A stretch of 61,735 nt of DNA, filler included, from Stramenopiles sp. TOSAG23-6 (Eukaryota): assembly GCA_900128565.1 (NCBI GenBank). It is 17 parts of 17 records of this genome, joined end to end, with 100 filler letters (N's around TTAATTAATTAA, not from the genome) between each part and the next. Parts side by side here need not be neighbours in the genome. Positions count along the whole stretch, not along the records: positions 47,398 to 50,913 come from LT637467.1; positions 51,014 to 54,527 come from LT637468.1; positions 54,628 to 58,135 come from LT637469.1; positions 58,236 to 61,735 come from LT637470.1; 13 more parts are not named here. One strand, given 5' to 3'. Under the pieces are notes generated by a model. The model saw only the letters and a program-made list of their open reading frames with translations, ran no database searches and was not told where the DNA came from. Below, in pieces: positions 50,568-61,735 of the stretch. Position numbers and translations under genes: made by a program. Within the stretch, counting starts at the first letter, position 1. Each line of letters starts with the position of its first letter.

Positions 50568-50864
50568 CTACAGCTCAATATCAATAAACATTATATCAGG
50601 CGCCCTTAGGGTAGCATAAGGGTATGTTCCTAATGGTGTTTCTAGTTTTGATATAAAAAAAGTGTCCTGTGAATCATTGGTACCACAAAGAGAGCCAGAA
50701 ACTTTTAATTTATTCCTCATAGTAAACTGAGCCTCATGTGGCTCCACAGTGACTTTATGACAGAATTGAAGAAAGCGAGTACGCATTACTGCCGCCTTAT
50801 TTTTACAAGGAAAGGATGTTTGATTCTTGCTATACAAATTGACATCTTGAATAATATTGGTCAC
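50568..50864 (-). CDS. GEMIN7: Gemin7-like Sm-fold SMN complex subunit
   Basis: AVMRTRFL..FTM..V....D.FFISKLETPLG..A.LR..DI matches the Gemin7 pattern LRERYL..FYVSQLQTPIG..ALLR.SDI. Confidence 0.7.
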   Translation of the reverse strand: MTNIIQDVNLYSKNQTSFPCKNKAAVMRTRFLQFCHKVTVEPHEAQFTMRNKLKVSGSLCGTNDSQDTFFISKLETPLGTYPYATLRAPDIMFIDIEL

Positions 50865-51295
50865 TTTTTCATGTTGGGTCGGACATATCTCCTCTTGAGA
50901 TTTGTTCTGAAGTNNNNNNNNNNNNNNNNNNNNNNNNNNNNNNNNNNNNNNNNNNNNTTAATTAATTAANNNNNNNNNNNNNNNNNNNNNNNNNNNNNNN
51001 NNNNNNNNNNNNNGTCACTGAAAGCACAAAATATAAATGTTTTAGAAGATGATGAATATAAAAAAATGCAACTTGTTTATAAAATGAATTTCGAATTTTC
51101 AATTTTTCGGCAATTTTTCGGGCTCCAAAAAAGTTATTTTTTGGATTCGATTTTTGAATTAGGATAGGAGAATACGTTTTTTTTTGGATCGAAGATCTTT
51201 TTGTGTTTTGAAATCCATACCTATGTTATTTACTATTCGCATATAGTCGTAGATAAACAAGACAATAAACGTAAGTTCAGCGAATATTTTCAAAA

Positions 51296-52117
51296 ATGGA
51301 GGATGACAACGAAACATTGTTCGAGGCGGAAGAAGCGCCACTTTTGAAAGGACAAGATGAAGTACATAAAGAGTCAAAGAAAAAGTGTTTCATGAGTTCT
51401 ACCGTTTGCTTCATTTCGTTGGCAGTTTTGTTGGCAGTTTTGTTCATAGTTAGCGTAACATTCAACATCATTCAATTCAAGAATCAACCTAAGGCTAAAG
51501 ATTTTCAACTTGTGAAGACTAAATACAAGAATAAGGTCTCCAAGTTCGATTTTAGCCTTGAACAGTTCGACTTCAAAGTTGACCAATTTACTATTGTTCG
51601 AAAAGGAGACGAGTCTGATCCGATTGGCCACACTGCGATGTTCTTTGGTACTGCCGAAGAACCAAGTAAAGTCAAAGTGCATCTCGTTGGTGTAACTCTA
51701 CAAGGGGGAGGATTTCTAGGGCTTTCATCGAACCGAAATGGTTATGTGGTTGATGTAGACCCACCAAAGAAAGCTGGCAAGTACCTACCAAGTCAAAACT
51801 GTTGGACGACAAAATTGGATAAGGCGATATCATTAAAGGAGTTAATTGGGGAGTTATGGATATGGGTATGGAATACATGGGACAAATTCGGCGAATATGA
51901 TCAAGCCACTTCAACCTGTAGGCACTTTGTTGATAATTTTGCAGAACTACTCACTAAAGGCAATAGTGATGTGTATCCTGATCCTTTGATGTCCAAAGAC
52001 AACAGAGAAACTTTACTGGCTGAACCAAGACAAACCATAAAAGGAAAAAAACAAGTCGTCTGTCCTCTTGAAGTTCAGAAATTATGGAAGTCTCATCTTG
52101 GAAGTGGGGTTAACTGA
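51296..52117 (+). CDS. Type II membrane protein with a possible permuted papain-like (PPPDE/LRAT-type) domain
   Basis: N-terminal transmembrane helix; GHTAMFF and YDQATSTCRHFVDNF resemble the H...Y....NCxHF catalytic motifs. Confidence 0.45.
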   Translation: MEDDNETLFEAEEAPLLKGQDEVHKESKKKCFMSSTVCFISLAVLLAVLFIVSVTFNIIQFKNQPKAKDFQLVKTKYKNKVSKFDFSLEQFDFKVDQFTIVRKGDESDPIGHTAMFFGTAEEPSKVKVHLVGVTLQGGGFLGLSSNRNGYVVDVDPPKKAGKYLPSQNCWTTKLDKAISLKELIGELWIWVWNTWDKFGEYDQATSTCRHFVDNFAELLTKGNSDVYPDPLMSKDNRETLLAEPRQTIKGKKQVVCPLEVQKLWKSHLGSGVN

Positions 52118-52657
52118 TGTTTTGGAAAGGACGAAAAAATAACTTGATTACAAGTAAATATATATTTCAGAAGTTATTGAAGCAGTGTACAATAAATTGA
52201 AGCAGATCAACGATACATCGACAATGAAGTCGTTCTTTTTTTATTTCTAATAAAAATTATAGTATTGTTTCAGTTTATTCGTTGGTGCCATTACAATTTT
52301 CATAGTTCATTGTATGTAACACTAGCCATTACATTTATATATCAAGGAATCTATTTCCTTGGATATATTAGTATAATTCCTACACGAAATCAAATATTTT
52401 TGAAACTGTGTAAAAAATGTTGTCGTCGAAGAGAACATCAGAGAGAGTGTCACACACACCCACACCACAACATTCATGAATAATACTACCTATAGCTAGA
52501 CCCTACTATTATTATAATAGGTGAAATAATTAGCACTTTTTCGGACTCTCGGTTAGCATTAAATATCTATTTAACTATACAATAGTACAAGATAATTAGG
52601 AATAGATTCGCTGGAATCCATGACCTATAATATTGACTAACAACCATTGTAAGGACG

Positions 52658-54404
52658 ATGAACTCGACTGTACAGACACAATCGAAAATACGTGACTCCA
52701 ATTGCGCCTTTTCGCACGTTGATTTTAATGTTATTGCAAATCTAGGTTTCGGCGAAACAATTCGGGTATGTGGACATGTTCCTGCGTTAGGTTGTTGGGT
52801 ACCAAATGATGGTGTCCCCCTTGTGACAACTCCCGAAAGCCATCCAATGTGGTACACAGCTCGCCCGGTGGCTCTCTCCCGTGGTGAAGTTGTAAAATAT
52901 AGGTACGCATTATTTGTAGCTGGTGAATTTGATCGATGGGAAGATTCCGAAAACTCAAGAGTTCGTGAATTGCGTCTCACAGAAGATATGCAAGTTTGGT
53001 GTGTTCAAGACCGTGTTGATATTAAGAATCGAGCTCGAGTGAATATTCCTGAATCTGCTCTGCATCAACAATTACTAAAGAAAAGACTGTCACCCAGCAC
53101 AAAGTCATTCTTATCACCGCTTATACAACAGCAACGTAAAGCAATAGAAACATCTCAGTCTTCTGTCACTGCACCTGGTGAACCAGCTGAACATCAGTCT
53201 GTACATTCAAACCTTTCAAATACTTCGCTAATGAACCCTAACCCTAATAAGCTCACATTGCCTACATCGATTAATTCTGAAACTGATAGTTCTGTGTATT
53301 CTGGCCCAGTGATTGATGGAGAAAGACTACAACGTTCAAGTATATATTCGACATCTAATCCACTTCAAGCACCACCATCGTTCAGCACAGCAACCGGATT
53401 ACACAGAAATGTAGCAAATAGTGATGAAGATATTAGTATTGGTCGAAATGATGGCATTTTAATTATTGTTCTTTATCTACCAGTACACATTGTTCGTGAA
53501 CCGGGTACTAAAGAGTGGAGCGTAACTTGGGATGGGAACAGCTTACTTGCAAGAAAAAAAACAACAATTGCAGACAAATTGAGATTTCTTTGGATTGGAA
53601 TGCCAAAACTTCCTCCTGATACAAAGTACACACATCGTGAACGAATGGAAATTACAGTGGCGTTAAGTAAACTTCGTTGTATTCCTGTGTTTGCAAAACT
53701 GTCCACCAGAAAACTTCATGAAGAATATTGCCGTAACACTTTACATGTATGTCAAATGTTTTTTTCATTTTCCATGGATTGATTTTTCATACGAAATTTT
53801 GTACCTAACGATTTTTTTTGAATGTAATTTTTTTTTGGTTTTTTTTTTGGTTTTTTTTTGTTTTTTTTTGTTTTTTTTTTAGTTTTCGTACGAAATTTTG
53901 TACCTAACAATGTTTTTTTATGATTTCATGTTTTTTCACAATATATGATTTATTTCATAATGTCATTGATGTATACGCTAAATTACCAACTCGCTGGTGT
54001 CGCAGAAAAGATCAAAATAATGACTGGCAAGGATACACTGCGTTAAATCAAATTTTTGCCAACAAAATATCTGAAACGTATGATGAAGGTGATTTTATAT
54101 GGATACAGGATATTCACTTTTTGGTGTTACCTTCTTTTGTTGCTCGTAAACTTCCAAAATCGAATATCGGTTTATATTTATGTACGTTTTCATTTCAATT
54201 TCAAAATTTTTTTTTTATAGTAAATTTTGTACCTAACGAATTTAAGTTTTTTTTTTGAAATATTTTTTCATAATCCAGATTCGCCGTTTCCATCATCAGA
54301 AATATTTCGAACTCTTTCAGTAAGGGATAAACTTTTACGTGGTATGCTCAACGCGGATCATTTGGGATTTCCTTTATTTGAATACACAAGGCATTTCTTA
54401 GCTT
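52658..54404 (+). CDS. CBM20-fused trehalose-6-phosphate synthase (GT20), 5' part
   Basis: FGETIRVCGHVPALGCW (CBM20), WIQDIHFLVLPSF and SPFPSSEIFR..LLRGMLNADHLGF motifs. Introns 53747-53946 (GT-AT) and 54182-54278 (GT-AG). Confidence 0.88.
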
Positions 54405-54627
54405 GTATGTTTTTATAATTATTTATATAATTATTTATATAATTTATTCATTTCAAAAAAAAAAATTTTAAATTTAAATTTTTTTTTTTTTTTTTTTTTT
54501 ACTAAAAAAAAATATATATATATAAATNNNNNNNNNNNNNNNNNNNNNNNNNNNNNNNNNNNNNNNNNNNNTTAATTAATTAANNNNNNNNNNNNNNNNN
54601 NNNNNNNNNNNNNNNNNNNNNNNNNNN

Positions 54628-55587
54628 AAAAAAAAAAAAAAAACACAAAAAAAAAAATATGTTTCACAATATATGAATTACTATTTCACTTGATTGAAGA
54701 GAGATGGATAAAGAAAAAAAAATCATATTGGTGGTCATATCTTAATACCTTACCACTACCTCATCAGCAGCAAAATCCTTTATATTTCAATAAAGACGAA
54801 ATTCGTGGATTGAAAGGATCGACGATGGAAATCGATGTAATTGAGTATCAAAATTCTGTTTCGACAATGTTTACCTTTATCAAAAAACGTGTTTTTGATA
54901 AATTTCCTGAAAATTTTCCTGCAAAATATTTCAACTTGGATACGTATAAATGGGCGACAGCAATACTCAATAGTCAAAGTGTATGTTGTTTTTTTTTCGT
55001 ACGAAATTTTGTACCTAACAAAATATTTTTTTTTTTTTTTTTGGATAAATTTTTCTTAGGTTTAGGTACAAAATTTTTTTACCAAAAAAAAAAAAAAAAA
55101 AAAAAAATTTTTTTTTTTTTTTTTTTTTTTTGGTAAAAAAATTTTGTACCTAAACCTAAGAAAAATTTATCCAAAAAAAAAAAAAAAAATATTTTGTTAG
55201 GTACAAAATTTCGTACGAAAAAAAAACAACATACACTTTGACTATTGAGTATTGCTGTCGCCCATTTATACGTATCCAAGTTGAAATATTTTGCAGGAAA
55301 ATTTTCAGGAAATTTATCAAAAACACGTTTTTTGATAAAGGTAAACATTGTCGAAACAGAATTTTGATACTCAATTACATCGATTTCCATCGTCGATCCT
55401 TTCAATCCACGAATTTCGTCTTTATTGAAATATAAAGGATTTTGCTGCTGATGAGGTAGTGGTAAGGTATTAAGATATGACCACCAATATGATTTTTTTT
55501 TCTTTATCCATCTCTCTTCAATCAAGTGAAATAGTAATTCATATATTGTGAAACATATTTTTTTTTTTGTGTTTTTTTTTTTTTTTT
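54628..55587. repeat. Perfect 960-bp palindrome duplicating a SET-protein exon (likely amplification/assembly fold-back)
   Basis: ORFs 54690-55136 (+) and 55079-55525 (-) are identical; the centre is a polyA/polyT run at about 55107. Confidence 0.9.
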
Positions 55588-55903
55588 ACAAAGATTCAAA
55601 AAAAATCGTTAGGTACAACATTTACTATGAAAAAAAAAAATTGAAAAAAAATTAAAAACATTTAAAAAAATAAGGGTTAGGGTTAGGGTTGATGAAAAAG
55701 GAACATACATGATGAGAATCACCTTGTGGAAATTCAACTCTCAATTTTTTCAAAGCTGGTGCAATTAAATTACTGTTTTGAAGTGCTGAAAATGACGTCA
55801 TATACATTCTTTGAGGAAGAACTAAATAATTTTTACCTATACTGATATTTGATGTACTAATCACCGAAATTAAAAGTCCGCCTTTTTGAACTGCCGTTTT
55901 TAC
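55233..55903 (-). CDS. SET-domain (Rubisco-LSMT/SETD3-like) methyltransferase exons
   Basis: LVLPQRMYMT, GDSHH-ELLFHLIEER, SYWWSYLNTLP, PLYF..EI..LKGS and YKWA..ILNS motifs. Confidence 0.72.
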
Positions 55904-56033
55904 ATGTATTGTGAAAAAAACACGAATTTTACAAAAAAAAAAAATCGTTAGGTACAAAATTTCGTACGAAAAAAAAAAATTCGATTTTTTTTTTTTTTCG
56001 GTAAAAAAAAAAAAAAAAATAAATAAACCATAC

Positions 56034-57096
56034 AGCTCCTTCAACGCCCTCAATCGAATCAACCACATTTTTTATATTTTTTATATTTTGTATATTTTTA
56101 TGATTTTGATAATTTTCTGAACACTCATCATTATAATGGATTTCGTGATAATTATTCAAAGTATGTGTTTGAATTGTATCAAAACAGGTTTGTTCAAATG
56201 AAGATTTTATACATGTTGAAAAATCTGTATTAAAATTTGTTAAATGATTATTCATTCCGTTGGGAGAACACGAAAAACGTGGATATATACTAGCTAAACT
56301 TGGCATTGATAAAAATTTCTGAAATGTTGCACGTAATAAAATGGTACGAATTTTGATACCTACATATAATGTGAAAAAAAAAAAAAAAATTTACATTTTA
56401 CATTTTTTGTTAGGTACAAAATTTCGTACGAAAAATAAAAATAAATTTGAAATTGACAAAAAAAACAAAAAAAACAAAAAATACCCGAGCTGACATAAAT
56501 TCTTGATGAGACTGAGCAATGGAAGCAATGAGTTGGGTAAATAAAAGAGCTAGAGAGCATTGCCATCCTGTTGATATAGTTCGATGTTGACAACCATTCA
56601 CTTCTTGACAATATTCATCTCCGCCAGCAAGAATCCATTCTACTAAATTTTTGATGAGAAATGGCGACAAGAAATGACAAGAGATGCTAATTACGTATAA
56701 AAACGCTGCTACAATAAGTTCGCTAGCAAACATTCGAAAAAAGATCGATATAAGTCTAGGTTGTTTTGTTTGATATTGGTTATTTCGGTTATGTATGTGT
56801 ATGTTTGGTTCATTTTGTTCATTTGATTCATCTCCCTCTTGTGTAGGGTTGTTTGTGTGTATAGTTTGAATGAAGAATGATGAACTCTCTGTGTTTTTTT
56901 CATCATTAATTGTTTGAAATTCTCTTGTTAATTCTTGATTAAATCTATAATGTAAATGTTGTACTTTATCTGATTCTGGGATATTATATATGTCTGAAAA
57001 ATCAAGGGGTCTTGAAAAAGCAGCATTTGTTAATGAAGACGTCCATAAGAAGAAAAGTTTATCGAAAAAAGAGGAATGTTCAAAACCTTGTGACAT
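56034..57096 (-). CDS. ABCC/MRP-type ABC transporter, N-terminal exons
   Basis: SFFDKLFFLW, PLDFSDIYNIPESD and LSPFLIKNLV motifs. Intron 56364-56484 (GT-AT) gives SAR-VGIKIRTIL...FQKFL. Confidence 0.8.
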
Positions 57097-57567
57097 TTCG
57101 TATTTTTAGAAAAGTAGATTGTTTTGTATACACGTATAAGGACAAGATGGGAGATACTCTTTGACACTTTAACAAATCATATTGGTTGCCATTGACTATT
57201 GATTCATCAAACTGTTTTCAATAACAACAATGAATACAAATGTGACATCCAAACCAAAATCACTATTACAATTGTTTCGAACAAAAAGAGACCAATTGCC
57301 TTTTTTTCTCTCAAAAAAAATTCAATCATGTCAATCAAATCTGAAATCATTGAAGTCGAAGTCTTCGTTTTTTGTATATAAATTTCGTACCTAACGAAAA
57401 AAGAGAAGAAAAGACAACAGCAGTTACACTTTAGGTTAGGTATATGACCACACATAATATCATGAATGACACAAACAATAAACATTGACTCGTTCGTTGA
57501 TCACAAAAATCTTGTATAGCCAATACAATTATCTGTTTTATTAGTATAGTCGTGTTTGTGTGAGATA

Positions 57568-58070
57568 ATGATGGCAAGAGATGAAGAGGAACAAATAAAG
57601 TTTCCATTATTACCAAAACAACAACAACAACAACAACAAAAACAACGTCACATGAGTATTCAATACAATAAAAACTCTCGTCACGATGCCTACAACAAAA
57701 CAACGAAACAAATACGCAAAAGATTCAATCTTCAAAGTAATCAAAGCGATGAAACCAATCAAAATCATCAAACCAATCAAAGCAAACAAAGCAATCAAAC
57801 CAATCAAAGGTTTGATAAAGAAACACAAAAGCGAAAAGCACAACAAAGAAAAAGACGTTCAAAAAAAAGAGCGAATGAATGGGATCAAATGTCAAATGTC
57901 GTTCAATATTGGTTGGGTAGTTTACAGAAGGAATCTAAAACAAAAATTTTACAATGTGATTTAGAAAATATATGGAATATATTCATGGTTGATGATTATC
58001 AAAGAGTTGGTGTATTGTCAATTGATAAATTCAAAGAAACAATACAAAAATTAAAGTTTTCAATTCCAGT
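57568..58070 (+). CDS. Gln-rich protein with an EF-hand-like segment, first exon
   Basis: IWNIF..DDYQRVGVLSIDKFKETI; the exon ends at a family intron. Confidence 0.4.
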
Positions 58071-58322
58071 GTACGTTTATATTATGAATTTCAAATTTAT
58101 TTTTTTTTTTTGGTTTTCGTACGAAATTTTGTACCNNNNNNNNNNNNNNNNNNNNNNNNNNNNNNNNNNNNNNNNNNNNTTAATTAATTAANNNNNNNNN
58201 NNNNNNNNNNNNNNNNNNNNNNNNNNNNNNNNNNNAAAAAATCTAAAAAAATTTGTTAGGTACAAAATTTCGTACGAAAAAAAAAATCAAATTTTCAAAA
58301 AAAAAAAAAAAATAAAACATAC

Positions 58323-58989
58323 TTGCTCTATAACCAAAACCCAATTCCCTCAGTTGTGTAGTTAAATATTCTTTTTTATTCATTTCGATGTTTTTCGGAG
58401 TGTTTAATAAATCTTCAGGTGTTGGAAATGAAAAAAATGGACCTTCAGAATGAGACAAGATTTTTGATTGCTTTGCGTCAGAATCAATACAAGGATCGGA
58501 AGATTTATTCATGAGTAGTTTCCCATAGCGTGCTCGCATCTTTTCCAACATTAAAGTTATGCGAGGAATATTATTATTAGAACTACATATAAATGAAAGC
58601 AAACATTCAGTAGGATCTTGTCGTACAATTCGCATTCCTTTTAATGCACTTGCAACTACAGAAAAACGACCCGTTGGATCAGATGTAGCCCAAGATGAAG
58701 ACAGTGACTGAAGAGGTACATCTAACTGAAAATAATCCCATAACATTTTTTTTGATTCATCATCAATATTAACCCTTGAAGTTGTAAAAGCTTCATCTGG
58801 GTTCCATATTTTAAATTCTACACCAGACGTTGTGTCACGAAGCCCAACTACTGCATTTTTAATGACTCCAGTATACTCTTTAGTCTGTGGCTTATTGCGC
58901 CAGCCAAAACACTGTCCATTCATCAACGTATACTCACATGATAACTCTGATAAAGGGACTCCAAGGGGAATCCATGGACGTAGTTGCAT
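58323..58989 (-). CDS. OGG1: 8-oxoguanine DNA glycosylase, first exon
   Basis: TLMNGQCFGW, GMRIVRQDPTECLLSFICSSNNNIPRI and LRELGFGYRA motifs. Confidence 0.93.
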
Positions 58990-59159
58990 CACTATTAAGC
59001 GTTTTAGCTTTGCTTTTTATGTAACAACAAGAGCTTGAAGCTTTCCGGTCAAGAAATGAAATGACTTACTTTAGTTTTAGTTAGTTACGAACAATTTTTA
59101 ATATGACCCGTTCGTTCGAACGTTGTTGTTTCAACTTTCAAGTTCTTGCCGTGTTTGAC

Positions 59160-59433
59160 CAAGGTTATAGAATTGGGAAGGAATGACACGAAATTTGAAA
59201 AAAAAAAATAATTCACCTACCAAAATTTCATACCTAAAGCAGAACACGAAATCCTGCTGGAATCATCTTTAGCAACTCAAAAATAATTGAATTTACTATA
59301 AAACCAATTTCAAATTTATTATTTTTTTTTTTGCTACAAAATTTTTGTACTTAACAATTTTTTTTTATTTTTGAGTTGCTAAAGATGATTCCAGCAGGAT
59401 TTCGTGTCATTCCTTCCCAATTCTATAACCTTG
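59160..59433. mobile_element. MITE-like element with about 70-bp TIRs and a GTTTGAC target-site duplication
   Basis: CAAGGTTATAGAATTGGG... and ...CCCAATTCTATAACCTTG are inverted arms; GTTTGAC lies at 59153-59159 and 59434-59440. Confidence 0.65.
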
Positions 59434-59636
59434 GTTTGACCGTCGTTTAAACACTAAATTGATTGTAATACCAATTTTTTGTACCTAAAAAAACTAAATT
59501 CGAAATTCATTGGCGTTTTTTTCCGTTTCTTTAGAAATGTCGAAAAACAACTGCCCTACAGTTGTTTTTTGTACCCTACCCTAACCTAACCCTAATACTT
59601 TAAACCTATTTTCAGTATAGAGCTTCAGTTAAACAA

Positions 59637-60233
59637 ATGCGTCAAGAGAAAGCTGCTACAGCTATTCAGTCTGCTGTACGTCGCCGTCAAGCAACAGCTT
59701 CAGTTAAACAAATGCGACAAGAGTATACAAGAGAAGTTTCTCGTTTAACTGATAGCACACAGAATCCAATCTTCGCAAATCTTATCAGAGAATTATGTCA
59801 AAGTATTCAACAAATACCACTACAAATGCATCAAAGTTCACTACAAATGCAGCAAGGATTTCAACAATCAATACAAACCTTCGCTGAATCTAACGAACGT
59901 GTGGCTGAATCTAACAAACGTTTAATGATAACCTTGGCTGAATCTTTCAAATGTGTGGTTGAATCTATCAAAGGTTCGATTGAATCTAACAAAGGTGTGA
60001 TTGAATCTAACAAACGTTTGGCTGAATCTAACAAACGTTTGGCTGAATCTAACAAACGTTTGGCTGAATCTAAGAAAGGTAACCTNCAACAGCTGCAAAT
60101 ACTGCTTGAAAAAAAACAAAATGCATCACAGAGCAACCAAACAGACACAGATGACGATTCAACCACATGTTCAGATACATCTGGGGATCAATTTAGGGTT
60201 GAATATTTTGGTCGGCGTCAGTATCAGAATTGA
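59637..60233 (+). CDS. IQ-motif plus heptad-repeat (AESNKRL) coiled-coil protein, probably a last exon
   Basis: AATAIQSAVRRRQA IQ motif; 21-bp tandem repeats at about 59880-60075. Confidence 0.5.
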   Translation: MRQEKAATAIQSAVRRRQATASVKQMRQEYTREVSRLTDSTQNPIFANLIRELCQSIQQIPLQMHQSSLQMQQGFQQSIQTFAESNERVAESNKRLMITLAESFKCVVESIKGSIESNKGVIESNKRLAESNKRLAESNKRLAESKKGNXQQLQILLEKKQNASQSNQTDTDDDSTTCSDTSGDQFRVEYFGRRQYQN

Positions 60234-60818
60234 AAGAATTGCCAGATGTAGGTGACACTGAGTCAAGCACCTAGCAAAAATAAGACATGGAAATCTACTA
60301 CTTGATTACTAAAATTTAATAGTAACCCTAATGAATAATAAAATTAAAATATAATTTAAAAAAAAAATATAAGGTTCATCTACTTGAAACATAAATTTAT
60401 TAATTAGTCATATAAATTCAAAATTTATTCTAAACCCTAACCCTAATAAATAATAAATAATAAAACATTTGAACTATCTGAAAATCCTTGATACAACTAA
60501 CCCTAACCCTACACATATCCCAAGTGCAATAGCAGCCATTTCATAGTTATTAATAATATTACTATTAAATTTACTTTCATCAGTAGTAGCCCTAACCCTA
60601 CCAATAGGCTTTCCATTCACAGTAGGGTTAGGGTTATAAGAGTAAAAAGATTCATTTTTTTCTTGAATTTTTTTTCGACAAATTCTATTATTCAAATGAG
60701 TTTTTTGACCATCTAGAAAAATAACCGTTGGAGATTTGTATTCATATTCATATACGGTGAAAAAAAATCATAATTTTTTTTTTAGTCAAAAAAATTTGTT
60801 AGGTATGAAATTTTGTAC

Positions 60819-60861
<43 letters not shown>

Positions 60862-61153
60862 CCCCATAAAAAAAAAAAAAAAAAAAAAAAATATATATTT
60901 CTTCACTATACATTTATCACCTATTTACATGTGTCGTAAATGCATACCATTAACTATACCTATCTGTGCTGATACTGAATATATACAACAACCAAAAAAA
61001 TATAAACATGAAAATTTTGTATATCTAGAAAATAGGCAATGTATAAAAATGACAAAATGTACTATAAAAGAATTTATTTATTTTTCAGGTGAATTTGGAA
61101 AAAAAAATCGAATTTGTCAAACACTTCGTATTTGTACATCAGATGTACGTTAT

Positions 61154-61190
<37 letters not shown>

Positions 61191-61669
61191 CTTACAAAAT
61201 TTTTTCCCAAAAAAAAAAAAAAAAAAAAAATGAAAAAAAAAAATATTTTTTCACAATATATAAAACATATACAAAACGATGTAATGAAATTAAAGGATCT
61301 TGCGATATTGGAAAAGATTGGCGAGTACAGAATGGTGATGGTAAAGATACACGAAATATTGAAATAGGTCTCCAACGCAAATGTACGTTTTTTTCTCTTT
61401 CATTTCGAATTTATTTTTTTTTCATACGAAAATTTGTACCTAACAAAAATTTAAAATTTTTTTGAAATATTTTTTCATAATACTTGTACAAAAAATGAAT
61501 ATATGTTCAATGATGCTTATTTTTATAATGCATATCATCACCCACCGTCTTACTTGTTTTATAACTATTATGAATCAAACCCTAACCCTTATAGGCATGT
61601 ACGTTTTTTACCATTTTTTTTTTTATACCAAATTTTGTACTTGAGATTTTTTTTGAATTTTTTTCACCA

Positions 61670-61706
<37 letters not shown>

Positions 61707-61735
61707 CCCTTTAAAAAAAAAAAAAAAAAAAAAAA

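Noticed and set aside
54628-55587. 960-bp perfect palindrome as a biological hairpin or gene duplication
   Set aside because: Perfect identity, centred on a polyA/polyT run and reaching the contig end, is typical of an amplification or assembly fold-back.
6268-56484. Reading the repeats as U12-type AT-AC introns (register shifted by 2 nt)
   Set aside because: The shifted register gives variable ends (AT, AC, TT, CT, GG starts; AC, AT, GT, TC, CC ends) and lacks the ATATCCTT donor. The GT register is near-invariant and aligns with the AG-ending members.
3563-58235. Regularly spaced TTAATTAATTAA motif and apparent gene neighbourhoods across it
   Set aside because: Artificial linker embedded in Ns; adjacency across linkers has no biological meaning.
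3686-61640. The recurring CGTACGAAATTTTGTACCTAAC as a CRISPR repeat, or as conserved peptides SYEILYLT / VRNFVPN / RTKFCT
   Set aside because: Dispersed inside eukaryotic genes, with no array spacing and no cas genes; the peptides are translations of intron sequence.

Overview
This window is not one locus. It is 17 unrelated contigs of about 3.5 kb, apparently sorted by length and joined by artificial 100-nt N-TTAATTAATTAA-N linkers. They come from an AT-rich, flagellated microbial eukaryote using the standard code, with many short CCCTAA/TTAGGG telomere-type repeats. A stramenopile-like single-cell or metagenome assembly is my inference; inversion chimeras are present. Most genes are housekeeping: two-pore channel, PTPS, HemF, mitochondrial EF-G, SCC2, AADAT, sulfite oxidase, CIA30, RPN10, dynein intermediate chain, NCX, VPS18, CCP, Gemin7, TPS, a SET protein, ABCC and OGG1. 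There is also a Mutator-like transposase fused to an FCP1-like domain. The main signal is a pervasive family of near-identical 90-120 nt introns. Each has a GTAYGT donor and a hairpin-forming core (CGTACGAAATTTTGTAC) abutting CTAAC, and the 3' end lies 35-43 nt further on in the ten copies measured. That 3' end is mostly YAT rather than YAG. Conserved motifs in HemF, sulfite oxidase, TPS, AADAT, VPS18 and ABCC are restored only by GT-AT splicing. Some copies of the core are flanked by direct repeats and one sits in a MITE-like element, suggesting a mobile introner family with non-canonical acceptors. All gene calls are from motif recognition by eye; no searches were run.
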